From Octopus sinensis (taxonomy: Eukaryota): a DNA stretch of 64,000 bases. The notes under the pieces were generated by a model, which saw only the letters and a list, made by a program, of their open reading frames with translations, searched no databases and was not told where the DNA came from. The position numbers and the translations under genes were made by a program. This document shows positions 34,191 to 46,299 of the stretch, one piece after another (position 1 is the first letter of the stretch; each line of letters opens with the position of its first letter). The stretch lies in NCBI RefSeq assembly GCF_006345805.1, contig NC_042999.1, positions 165,788,001 through 165,852,000 of the forward strand, in the 5' to 3' direction.

Positions 34191-36640
34191 TTGTCACGTG
34201 TGGACACAAAAGTACAAGATAATTCCGCGATTGCAAGGTAAGACACCCTGGGATGAGTAGATGGGATATGACCAGATATCACAGACAGCACTTGACGTTC
34301 AACAAGTGCAGTTTACTTGGGATAGTACTGCTGCTGCCGCTGCTACTGCTGCTACACGACGATAGTTGTGATGCTGATTGTAATGACAATGATGATACCT
34401 GATGGTGGTACTGTTTCTTGCTTTTATAATAATCGTTTTAATGTCACTTGAAAAGTGCAGTCGTCGTCACAAGTGTTCTGCAGCCGTCCATCAAACACTA
34501 CTACACTCTTCTTACACTGCATTCAATAGATTCTCTCTCTCCCCATCTGTCTCTCTATCTATAAATATGTCTCTCTGTTTTGCTTCCCGTCTATGTTGCC
34601 TCTTTTGTTTAAATATTTCTTTTTAGCTAATCACTATTTCGAATCCAACATTCTTCGCCAATTCCACTTGCTTTCATAATTATTATTTATTTTAATTACG
34701 ACAGTTCACTGTTATTATTATTCCGAGTGTTTTTAAATAATATGATTTCACTAATTGGCTTTTTTTTTTCTCTGTAAATTATTTTTTCCTCGCCTTATTA
34801 TTTCTTTTTTATAATCCACCCGTTTCAAATCCCCGAAACATGATTCAACATCATTATATATTTATATATGTGTATGTATACACAGCATTTTTATAATGGT
34901 GAAATAATGTTATTTTCTGTGCAGAGTCCTGATTATTTATTTATATTATAAACATAAATAGTTTTGACTCTTTAAACATAAATATTTCACCAATATTATT
35001 TTCCAACAAACGTTACAGCAAAAATTTTTAAAAAATAATAAACCTATCTAACTTCAAGACAACATTATCGACTTGAAGAGTTGTATTTATTGATCTTTTC
35101 TTGTTGTTTCGTTTGGAAAAAAAAAAAAAAAACCTGCATATTTTCCAGGGATTAAGGGTACCTGTTGATTTGAAGTGGGTTCTGTGTTACAGAAATATTT
35201 GCGCTAATATCCGACCAAGGTGCTTCATTGTAGTTTTTTCTTGTTTTTTTTGAAGATATATAATTCTAGTGAACATAAGATATTCATCTGGAGAACACGA
35301 GACTATTTGAGAGAGCTAATTAGATTGTATCTGGTTTATCTAGTAATGCCATTTTAAGTGGACATGTCTGTTCCGGTATGCTACATCTACTTTTACATTG
35401 TCACCCTGGGTCACTGCATTCCTTCAAAACGTTGTGACTATCGGTTTTCTTATAACAGGGCACAAAGTTTTAGTGTTTTAGAGGAGGAGGGGAATAACGC
35501 ATACCGTGCAATATATTCACGCCTTTACCACCGGCTTTAGTGTCGTCGAGTGGATAAGAAATTCGCTTCGTAATCTTGACATTCCAGGTTCAATCCCACT
35601 GCACAACATACTGAACCTCTGCTTGACCCCCATGCATTGTGAAAGAAAATGGATTGACAAACTGTAGAAGATAATTAAACTTTAGCACAGCGTCACCATG
35701 GAATTTATCAGAGCCTTGTCACTATTTAAAGGAATATATTATCTATATCGAACCGGAAAACAAAATTCTGTATTAAAAGTGGTAGATATGGTTGTGAGCG
35801 CGTAACAGTGAGTTGTCTAATGAGCATATCAATGAAAACTAGCTTTCCACGTCCAGTGAATTTTGTGTACGCAGAACCTTGTTTAATCCCAGATAACTCT
35901 GATGAAGCAAACCTAGGATTAAAAGCCTTCCGACCATAACCACATCATCACTTATTTAGACTGTGTGTTTAGGGTTACATAAGTTAACGGTATTTCTGTT
36001 TTTTGTTTTTTTTTAACAGTAGGTGTGTGATTTGAAGGATATCTGACTGCTATTTCTAGCAATTTTAGTGGATGTCTAAAATTGCTTTATTTTGCCGGTG
36101 TCTCGTCACTACCCGGACATCAGTTTCAGCTCCCAATTGGTCCATTACTCACAATACCGAGCTGTGTAAGTTTAAGGTTGGTTGGTAGGTAGGTAGGTAG
36201 GTAGGTTTTAATCACAGCAGGCTTAACGAAATCCGGGTAAGATCTTATAATTTTCACGTTAATACAAAAAAGAATGAAAAGTTTTAATCATAACAATTTT
36301 ATCATACAGTAATGAAGAGAATGAATTAAAAACAGTGTTCAATTTCTCTTATTTGCGTCAAGGGCGCCATAATGACAATATGAAACACAATTTAAAACTG
36401 ATACTGCACAAATGAACATACGGTAGAATTGTGTGTATGTAAACAGCAGTTTGATAACTGTCAGGACACGAAACTCATGACCATTAAGTCACCCTGTAAC
36501 TTCTGCCACTTAATATGTATAGGATTCATATGTGTACTTACATGTGCGATGTAGTCATGTCTTTTTTTTTGTTTTAGTCTGGAAGTAGGGGGTGTGACCA
36601 CTGTCTTTGCAAATCTGTGACCAGTGAGATTGGTGTCTTC

Positions 36641-36868
36641 AACCCTTTAGCATTCAGATTACTCTATCAAATGCAATGTTTACTTATTCACACATTGTTT
36701 TGAATTAATCCTGCATTATCTTGTAGCTTCAAGATTTCAATGATGTGATCATACAGTTTTAGAATGACATTGTAGGGTAGGTGTGACGTGCTGGATCGGG
36801 TCAGTTTTAGCATAAAAAGGTAAAATATTTGGACTAGATGTGGTCAGTTTAAATGCTAGAGTTAAGGT
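36641..36868. mobile_element. ~225-bp MITE, piggyBac-like ends; related copies at about 43651-43860 and 62121-62345
   Basis: AACCCTTTAGCATT ... AATGCTAGAGTTAA termini; shared internal GAATGACATTGTAGGGTAGGTGTG in the three copies. Confidence 0.65.
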
Positions 36869-37222
36869 TCTGTTAGAGGACCCCAGAAAAGACTGAGAGG
36901 AGAGAGTGTGTCTGTGAATCAGTGAATATGCTACAGGGTGACTTGGTGCCAATCGAGTGGATTTTCTCTGAATGAGAAGTCCATTGTGTGTCTCACCTGA
37001 GCTTTGTGAAGGATTAATAGTTTAAGAGGAATGTTTGTCTTTGTTGTGTAGTCTTTTCTGTGTTAACGTTGTCACTTTACTTGGAAAGATCCTCGATGAT
37101 GGTGAAGTGTGATATTTGAAATGATTATGAGGGTTATTAGTTGTGTGTTGCTCTTGTTTAAGCGGGGATGAGGTGCAGTGATTATATTTTTTAGATGGAA
37201 ACTAAAAGAAGCCCATTGTATA

Positions 37223-37254
<32 letters not shown>

Positions 37255-38113
37255 CATACATATATATGTATGTGTGTTTGTCTCTCTCTTTATCTTGATA
37301 GTTGTAAATGATTGTCACTGTCATACAAGCAGTGTTATTCCTTTTCAATATTCTGCAAGAACATGTCTAGCCAGGGGGAAATATTACCTTGCTTGGAAAT
37401 TGGTGATTGTTGTTGACAGTAAGAGCATCCGGCCATAAAAAGTTTACCTCAATGAATTCTATCTGGAAACGTGGACATTAAAATGATAATGATGTTGAAA
37501 AAATGTTAATATATCATTGAATGAATACCAGATGTATGAATGTGTGGATGTAGGTGTGTTATTGGTTATATGAATGTGTGTGTGTGTATGTATGTGCATT
37601 AGTGCCAGCATTCATGCATCTGGTATATACACATGTATATACATTTGCCGGCCTTGCCTATGCCAACTCCCAAACAGCAAGAAGCCACCAGCTTCCAGTT
37701 CAGCCATGCAGTTCAAGGGATTCGCCTTTCTAATGAATCTGGTGTCATTGAATTGCCAATCTCACCTTAAAAAATACCATGTGACTATCCTTGACCAATA
37801 GCAGCTCATTTTCCAGTAGCCAGCTTTGACTTTGCGTTTCTTCGTTCAGTAATTTATGACTGAACGAGATGTGGAACTTTAAGTTGCATGGAGCCAAATC
37901 AAGCTGTTTTAAATAATAACACGTGTAACTCCTATTAAATGTGTCAAGTGCCTTTTTCTTTGTTTGTCCACTCACTTGTGTGTGTATATACAGGGTGCAG
38001 TGAATAAATTGTTGTCTAAATTACTCAAAAATGAAAATAGCACTGATATATTTATATGCATACATTTATACATGTATATCTATCCATACATACATACATA
38101 CATTTCTATATAT

Positions 38114-38668
38114 GGTGGCTGCCCCCTCGTTATCGAGTATGGCCATTGCACAAAGCTTAATCAATGTCGTTATCGTGCAATGCCTGTGCAAGAAGATTTT
38201 TTTTCTTAAGTGAGGAAAGGCTGTGCACTGAGTCAATCCCACTCACTAAGCAACAGCAGCCATAATCCGAAAAGAAGAACAAGTCAACATCATCGGTAAC
38301 CACTGAGCCTCAGGTTTTATGTCGGAATCATCCCAGTTACCTGAGTTACCTTCTCCTAGAAGGATGCCCTAACAAAGGCTAGGAGTCCTTCACTCCCAAT
38401 GGTTTAACCTCGCGATTGGGTATTCAGTCCGATTATTTCTATGTCCCCACGCATGATACAGCCTTAAGACATTTATTGGATGACCATTGACTCTCAAGAG
38501 TTCCTCTGTGCTTTGATGGGTTTTGTTTTTCATCCCGCAGGGTGTCCAATAAGCACCCTCCTCACCAAGCAAGCTTGGTGGGGTTGTCGGTTTAGTCGCT
38601 GACGACCTGACTATGCAACAGGTTGTACTGGGTTACATGTTACCAATAGCACTCTAAAGTGACCTGAC
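38114..38668 (-). mobile_element. Short non-coding element, probably a bipartite non-autonomous RTE derivative
   Basis: Its 5' part is homologous to 55745-55990 (+); contains TTAGGGCATCCTTCTAGGAGAAGGTAACTC (RTE 5'-UTR-like) and ends CTCGATAACGAGGGGGCAGCCACC; TA-rich flanks. Confidence 0.5.
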
Positions 38669-38854
38669 ATAAATATATATATATTATATATATATATATA
38701 TATATACATACATTTCTATATATATATATATATTATATATATACATACATTTCTATATTATATATATATATATTATACATACATTTCTATATATATATAT
38801 ATATACACACACATATATATATATACATATATACATTTCTGTATATATATATAC

Positions 38855-38901
<47 letters not shown>

Positions 38902-38930
38902 ATATACATACATTTCTATATATATATATT

Positions 38931-38963
<33 letters not shown>

Positions 38964-39091
38964 TACATACATTTCTATATATATATATACACATATATAT
39001 ATATACATATATACATTTCTCTATATATATATACATATATACATTTATATATAAATATATATATATATATATACACACACATATATACATT

Positions 39092-39130
<39 letters not shown>

Positions 39131-39162
39131 TATATACATTTATATATATATATATATATACA

Positions 39163-39193
<31 letters not shown>

Positions 39194-39217
39194 TATATAT
39201 TATATACACATATATAC

Positions 39218-39293
<76 letters not shown>

Positions 39294-39297
39294 ATAC
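38669..39297. repeat. Compound (TA)n satellite with recurrent CATACATTTCT motif
   Basis: About 630 bp; seven CATTTCT occurrences. Confidence 0.95.
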
Positions 39298-39364
39298 ATA
39301 ACCCATGCTAGCATGGAAAGCGGACGTTAAACGATGATGATGATGATGAAATACATTATATATG

Positions 39365-39757
39365 GAAATGGAATGGAATCACTCCGTCGGTTACGACGAC
39401 GAGGGTTCCGGTTGATCCGAATCAACGGAACAGCCTGCTCGTGAAATTAACGTGTAAGTGGCTGAGCACTCCACAGACACGTGTACCCTTAACGTAGTTC
39501 TCGGGGATATTCAGCGTGACACAGAGAGTGACAAGGCCGGCCCTTTGAAATACAGGTACAACAGAAACAGGAAGTAAGAGTGAGAGAAAGTCGTGGTGAA
39601 AGAGTACAGCAGGGATCACCACCATCCCCTGCCGGAGCCTCGTGGAGCTTTAGGTGTTTTCGCTCAATAAACACCCACAACGCCCGGTCTGGGAATCGAA
39701 ACCGCGATCCTATGACCGCGAGTCCGCTGCCCTAACCACTGGACCATTGCGCCTCCA
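39365..39757 (-). mobile_element. SINE family C (tRNA-Arg-like head, (ATTCC)n tail)
   Basis: Minus strand GGAGGCGCAATGGTCCAGTGGTTAGGGCAGCGGACTCGCGG..GGTTTCGATTCC; TCG at the anticodon position. Confidence 0.85.
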
Positions 39758-39778
39758 CATATATATATATATGTATAT

Positions 39779-39970
39779 CGTCTCAAATGCTAGCTGAAGC
39801 ATAAAAACTTTCACTCACAAAAACTTTCACTCACAAAAACTTATTCACACCACCGCAAAGCATTTCATCTCAATCCTGTCTTCTTTCTGCCGCCTAAAAC
39901 CTCATCTCCCAATTCTCTCTCTCGCTATGTGGTGTCGGTTCTCCCTCTGTTTTCACTGTCTCTCTCTCTC

Positions 39971-40006
<36 letters not shown>

Positions 40007-40279
40007 GGTATATATCTCACCTTCACTCGCTACCGCAGGATGAAAAAAGAAAACATCAGCTAAGTTCCCGACCTATTTCCTCTTTTCATTGTTTTTGCAA
40101 GCCTTATTATTATTGTGTCCCCATCTAGTAGCGTTGTCGTCTTTCGTCTCAAATGCTAGCTGAAGCATAAAAACTTTCACTCACAAAAACTTTCACTCGC
40201 AAAAACTTATTCACACCACCGCAAAGCATTTCATTTCAATCCTGTCTTCTTTCTGCCGCCTAAAACCTCATCTCCCAAT
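39779..40279. repeat. 135-bp direct repeat pair (39779-39913 and 40145-40279)
   Basis: Two mismatches by eye; internal AAAAACTTTCACTCAC subrepeats. Confidence 0.9.
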
Positions 40280-40532
40280 GCGCGGTGCACCCGCCCTCCC
40301 ACCCCCACCACCAATACCGGATATCTCTATATTTTGCTCCATCTATACCGGATGTCGCTTCTCCCACCACCATTATAGGTATCTACTCTTCGAACCCCCC
40401 TCTTCAATACGCTATTTCACCATGCATTACCCCTCTCTCGATATCCTACGTTCTACTTGCCTAGAACCTGTCATCATTTCTCTGAACCACCCCTCCCCAC
40501 TGGTGCTCCCCTATATTTCTGCACCCCCCCCC

Positions 40533-40782
40533 CACATAAAAAGCACCATCCGAACGTGGCCGATGCCAGACCCCTCTGGCATCTGTGCAGGTGGCACGTA
40601 AAAAGCACCCACTACACTCGCGGAGTGGTTGGCGTTAGGAAGGGCATACAGCTGTAGAAACACTGCCAGACTAGACTGGAGCCTGGGGCAGTCCCGAGCT
40701 CCCCAGACCCCGGTCGAAACCCTCCAACCCGTGCTAGCGCGGAAAACGGACGTTAAACGATGATGATGATGATGATGATGAT
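40533..40782 (+). mobile_element. RTE 3'-UTR-only insertion
   Basis: Matches the LINE 3' UTR; (GAT)n tail. Confidence 0.88.
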
Positions 40783-41041
40783 ATATAAGAATTTTTTGCG
40801 TAATAAGATAAAAAATCAATTACATAAAAAATTCTTAGATACACACGCTAACATGGAACCAACGTTGAACCCTTTATTTGCAATATTACCGAATCTGGAA
40901 CTTAACTATGGTCTGTCTATAGCACTTATTGAGCATTACCTGACACCTTTGGGTCTCAGTGACACATTATCTCCTATAACCTCAACTATATATATATATA
41001 CACATACATACATTTATATATATATATATATAGGGCGAAAT

Positions 41042-41719
41042 AGAAATAGTTGATAGCTTCCGTTACCTAGGTGACCAAGTCAGTAGCGGGGGGGTGGGGG
41101 TGCTGAAAGTGTAACTGCTAGAGTAAGGTCATGTGACAAGAATGGATGAAGATAGTTGTGTGAAAAAGTGCCACACCCTAGTGGTGGAGGGAACCTGTGG
41201 AAGAGGAAGACCTGGGATGAAGTGGTGAAACACGACCTTCGAACTTTAGGTCTCACTGAGGAAATGACTAGAGACCGAGACCTTTGGAAGTATGCTGTGC
41301 GTGAGAAGACCCGGCAGGACAAGTGAGACCATAACCCATGGCCTCTACCTGGGATGTAGCCAGTCCACTTATGCATACCTTTCCTTCTTGGGACACTAAA
41401 CTCTACTTGTGAAGACCTGTTGAGGCAAGTGAAAATCGAAATCGATCAACATCAATGGAAATTGTAGTTGTGGTACCAGTGCCGGTGGTATGTAAGAGAA
41501 CCATCCGAACATGGCCGTTGCCAGCCTTGTCTGGCACCTGTGCTGGTGGTATGTAAAAAGCACCCACTACACTCATGGAGTGGTTGGCGTTAGGAAGGGC
41601 ATCCAGCTTTAGAAACACTGCCAGATTATACTGGGCCTGATGCAGCCTTCTGGCTTCACAGACCCCAGTTGAACCGTCCAACCCATACTAGCATGGAAAG
41701 CGGACGCTAAATGATGATG
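41042..41719 (+). mobile_element. 5'-truncated RTE with internal deletions
   Basis: IVDSFRYLGDQVSSG, jump to GHVTRMDEDSCVKKC, then ORF end, 3' UTR and tail; (TA)n upstream. Confidence 0.88.
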
Positions 41720-41959
41720 AGAGAGAGAGAGAGAAACAGTAAATGATGCTGATATGTTATCAACCACACATACTCAATGTAAGTAGTGTTTTGTTTGTTT
41801 GCTGGTTTGCTGCGGAACACCGTCTGGGGGAGACGACTCCCTCATTATGCTGGGTTTTAAAACACCCAAGACAACCCACCTCCAATCCCATTCAGAAGTG
41901 TTGGATACTGGATATTTCACCATTTTCGTGGCTTATCAACAACACGCACTCACACACAT

Positions 41960-42022
41960 ATTCTCTCTCTCTCTCTCTCCTTTTTCCTCTTTCCTTTTTT
42001 CTCTCTTTCCTTTTCTCTCTTT

Positions 42023-42061
<39 letters not shown>

Positions 42062-42092
42062 TTTCTCTCTCTCTCTCTCTGTCTCCTCCCCC
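41960..42092. repeat. (CT)n polypyrimidine tract
   Basis: Directly visible. Confidence 0.9.
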
Positions 42093-42357
42093 CAGATGCT
42101 GTGGAGATTATGAAGTAAACACACCATAGTGGATATCTTTTGACTATCAAAGCAATGTAAACCTAGTTTAAAATCTAAGGATTACAAAATTTTCTCTCCC
42201 TGATAATTATATCAATAATCCCTGAAATGAAAGCCTAACAAAAAAAGAAGCCCTCTACAGTAATCTCACTTAATACAGTTTATTACATTGGATCAAAGTG
42301 AACAGATTTTGTTTTTTCTGTGAAAAGCAAAAGTTTAAGGTTTAAAAAAAAGTAGAT

Positions 42358-42690
42358 TTTCTCTTTTACTTGTTTCAGTCATTAGTCTTCAGCCATGCCA
42401 GGAGTGGGGGCACCACCTCAAAGAATTTCAGTCAAACAAACCAACCCCTGTACTTCGTTTTAAAAACCTTGTACTTATGCTATCAGTTTTTTTTGCCAAA
42501 CTGCCAAGTTACGGGGACATAAACACACAACACCAGTTGTCAAGTAGTGGTAGGGGACAAATGCAGACACTAAGACACACACACACACATACAATGGGCT
42601 TTTTTCAGTTTCCTTCTATCAAAGCCACTTAGAAGGCTTTGTCTGTCCAAGGCCATTGTAGAAGCAAACTTCTTACCACATGGCCATGCC
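42358..42690 (-). mobile_element. SINE A, older copy
   Basis: Reverse-complement tail and body. Confidence 0.7.
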
Positions 42691-42742
42691 TGAGACACTA
42701 TTTCAATTAATTTTGAGAAGGAAGAATTTAGTAAAATAACTA

Positions 42743-43493
42743 CCAATATCATAATATAAATGATATATAAATATATGCATATATACATACATGTATGTAC
42801 ATACCGACATATGTATATATACATGCATATATGAGTACAGGACATCAAAAAAACGTTGAACACAATGAGAAATAAAAACATAGAAACAAACTTTTTTTCG
42901 AACAACAAAAAAAAACAAACAGAGAAACGAGATACAACATAAAGAATATTTCCCTTCTTCAGTTGTCCCTGTTTCATCTACTCCACGTTCCGAAGGCAAG
43001 GACAAGACGAGACTTCATTGAAAGAGTCCTTCCTCCAAAGCAAAGTGCTTATACTGTCTTCCTTAGCGTTCATAATAATTTTTCCATTGTCTTGGCTTAA
43101 CAACCCTCACCGTTTGTTTTTACTGTTTTGTTCTCACTGTCCTGTTCTTGTTACCACTTTCACCCTCCGCAATAAATTCTGAATTTTAATTTACTTTGCA
43201 GGAAGGACTGTTTCAACGAAGTCACGTCTTGTCCTTGCCTTTGAAACACGGAGTAGATGAAACAGGGACAACTGAAGAAGGGGAATATTCTTTATGTTGT
43301 ATGGTCTCGTTTCTCTGTTTTTTTCATTGTCTGAAAAAAAAGTTTGTTTCTATGTTTTTGTTTCTCATTGTGTTCAACATTTTTTTGTTGTCCTATACCC
43401 ATATATGCATGTATATATACATATATATGTAGGTATGTACACATATATATGTATATATGCATATATTTATATATTATTTATATTATTATATGG
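42743..43493. repeat. ~300-bp inverted repeat with a 145-bp spacer (possibly a Penelope-type inverted end)
   Basis: 42743-43044 is the reverse complement of 43190-43493 at roughly 85% identity by eye. Confidence 0.85.
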
Positions 43494-43958
43494 TCGAACG
43501 CATCGCATCCTTTTCCGAGTAAGTTTTATCTCATTAATATCATAAACTGGTTTTCGGAACATAACATGAAATTTTGAAAGGTTTTCATTTAGATCACTTT
43601 AAAAAGAAGGATACTGTCATAGAACCAAGGGCAGATTGATATAAAAAGGGGTTAACTCTGGCATTCAGATTTTTCTGTCAAATGTAATGCTTATTTGTTC
43701 ACATTGTTTTGAATTAACCATGAATTATCTCAGCTTCGAAAATTTGCTAATGTGATTGCTTATTTTTAGAATGACATTGTTGGGTAAGTGTGAGAGGCCA
43801 GGTCAAGTCAACTTGAACATAAAACAGGTAGATTATTCTGGCCAGCTGAAGGATTAAACCTAAACTTTAACAGGTTAGGGTGCTAAAAAAAGTTGGGCAT
43901 GTTGTGTACTTTAACTCAAATATATTATGCCGATTACATCTTGAGAAGTCAGAGTTAA

Positions 43959-44321
43959 TCTTTATATATAAAAGTGAGGTTGTGTGCTGTCTGTCTCCTA
44001 CGATTTAGATTCCTAACTACTCCCACATTTTGCGGTGCAGTGTAACCAAAAGTGGGTATCTTATAGTTGTGATTCATATCGAGCCCTTCTGGGTATTAGC
44101 GCGCGTCTACGATTTTAAAAAGAATTTACCATTTTTTGCTATTATATAAGGGAAGTAACTCTCTAAAAATGTATTATTAAATCTCAGAACGTAAAAAGCT
44201 ACAGTAACATCCCCGCTTTGTGGTTAGCCATATTGAGATGGCTATTATACTTTACATCTCTAAAAATGCTTATATAGTTATTTCTCTTACAAACCCGAGC
44301 AACGCTGGGCGATACTGCTAG
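43959..44321 (+). mobile_element. Non-autonomous Helitron, copy 3
   Basis: A^TC start, hairpin plus CTAG^T end; same family as 9948 and 11532. Confidence 0.85.
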
Positions 44322-44559
44322 TGGTACATAAATTGAGGTGAGTTTGAAGGTGTATCAACTTCACAGACCTTAAGTAATAGCCAGCAGATTTTCCCCCTAG
44401 GGAGGTACAACTACTACTACAAACACAATCATTATTATCACCACCACAACTACTATATTACTACTACATTAACACCACATTAAATACAGCCATCACCACC
44501 AGTAAGGAGAAAATAATCTAGCTAGCTAACAATCTCTTCTGAGTACTATTGTACCTTCT

Positions 44560-44922
44560 GTTGTTGTTCAGTCCCACTGCATGGCATCTTGAGCAAGTGT
44601 CTTCTGCTATAGCCCCGGGCCGACCAATGCCTTGTGAGTGGATTTGGTAGACGGAAACTGAAAGAAGCCTGTCGTATATATGTATATATATATATATATG
44701 TGTGTGTGTATGTGTATATGTTTGTGTGTCTGTGTTTGTCCCCCTAGCATTGCTTGACAACCGATGCTGGTGTGTTTACGTCCCCATCATTTAGCGGTTC
44801 GGCAAAAGAGACCAATCGAATAAGTACTGGGCTTACAAAGAATAAATCCCGGGGTCGATTTGCTCGACTAAAGGCGGTGCTCCAGCATGGCCGCAGTCAA
44901 ATGACTGAAACAAGTAAAAGAG
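44560..44922 (+). mobile_element. SINE A (5'-clipped)
   Basis: Body and tail match the copy at 6186. Confidence 0.88.
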
Positions 44923-45171
44923 TATGTGTATATAACTATATGATTATACAAAATTATATATATACATATAACTATATACATACATATATTGTTATTATTA
45001 AACAAGAATGTTGTTGACAGCTAACCCATCACTGGACAAAATTATAGAATAACACATCAGGTTAATGTAAAATTGTTTTTATTTTAACTGAACATAAAAA
45101 AGCATTAATACACACACACACACACACACACACATTTAATTTATACATTGAAAGTTAAGCTGAAATACTCA

Positions 45172-45590
45172 ACTACTCTTTTACTCTTTTACTTGTTTCA
45201 GTCATTTGACTGCGGCCATGCTGGAGCACCGCCTTTAATCGAGCAAATCGACCCCAGTACTTATTCTTTTGTAAGCCCAGTACTTATTTTATCGGTCTCT
45301 TTTGCCGAACCGCTAAGTAACGGGGACATAAACACACCAGCATCGGTTGTCAAACAATGCTAGGGGGACAAACACAGACACACAAACACATACACACACA
45401 CATATATATATATATACATATATACGACAGGCTTCTTTCAGTTTCCGTCTACCAAATCCACTCACAAGGCTTTGGTCGGCCCGAGGCTATAGTAGAAGAC
45501 ACTTACCCAAGGTGCCACGCAGTGGGACTGAACCCGGAACCATGTGGTTGGTAAACAAGCTACTTACCACACAGCCACTCCTGCGCCTGA
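45172..45590 (-). mobile_element. SINE A, full length
   Basis: Complete reverse-complement copy. Confidence 0.9.
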
Positions 45591-46299
45591 TAGAGATTCT
45601 TTTGATTTCAGAATCAAATAGGGGACAACAAAATGCAGTGCTCTTCCATTGCTTGTTCCTTGTCAACAGAGAGAATTAACTGCAAGAGAACAGTTGTTAA
45701 CTATACAGCATTTCTGTGTATATATTGTGTGTGTTTATTGTGTTAGCACTGGCTGTGAAAACCCCTTTTGGATAGAAAAAGCTGAAGGCCTTCCACTTTT
45801 CCTATCCAAAGATGTTTTTTGATCCAGGGTTTGCAGCTTTGCTTTGAGTTCCACCATTATGAGAACAACTTATTTCACATTTTCTTGAGGTTCTTATAAC
45901 ATAAACGATGCCCATATGTGTGCGTCTAATATACGAGTTGCACTATTAAGCCAAGTGGCTGATTACCAATTGATCACTCTTACATATTTATCCAATACTG
46001 TTTAATCGGCTGTTAGTTATTCATAATGTAATAATGCATTATGATACAAAAATGTGTATTATAATTAATTGTAGGTAATATGTTATTTTATAATTAATCA
46101 CGTTTACAGAGCTACTATTTGAAAGTATATAACAGAATTTGGCTGATTTTACTATAGTTTCTATTTTGTAGTGTCAGCCAACAGCTCAGTCTTCTGTACA
46201 CAACACATCTCACATTCTGTGTCTACATATAAGTTGCTATTTTATTTAATCATTTTCTGACCATAATCCCAACATGTGTACACTAAGAAGTTATTAGCC

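Noticed and set aside
34252-34401. 50-aa ORF with a poly-Leu, signal-like stretch
   Set aside because: The hydrophobic run comes from a CTG microsatellite; no other support.
37745-37975. Mariner transposase remnant (LDLAPC..) or exon with GTGAGA donor
   Set aside because: Similarity too short and no matching TIR pair found.
38590-38640. CTGACGA followed by a CCTG/CAGG stem as a hammerhead
   Set aside because: No GAAA after the stem, and it is antisense to the inferred element.
39680-39757. tRNA-Arg gene (also near 55555-55630)
   Set aside because: Head of SINE C, continuous with the SINE body and, in one copy, inside a TSD; no complete acceptor stem.
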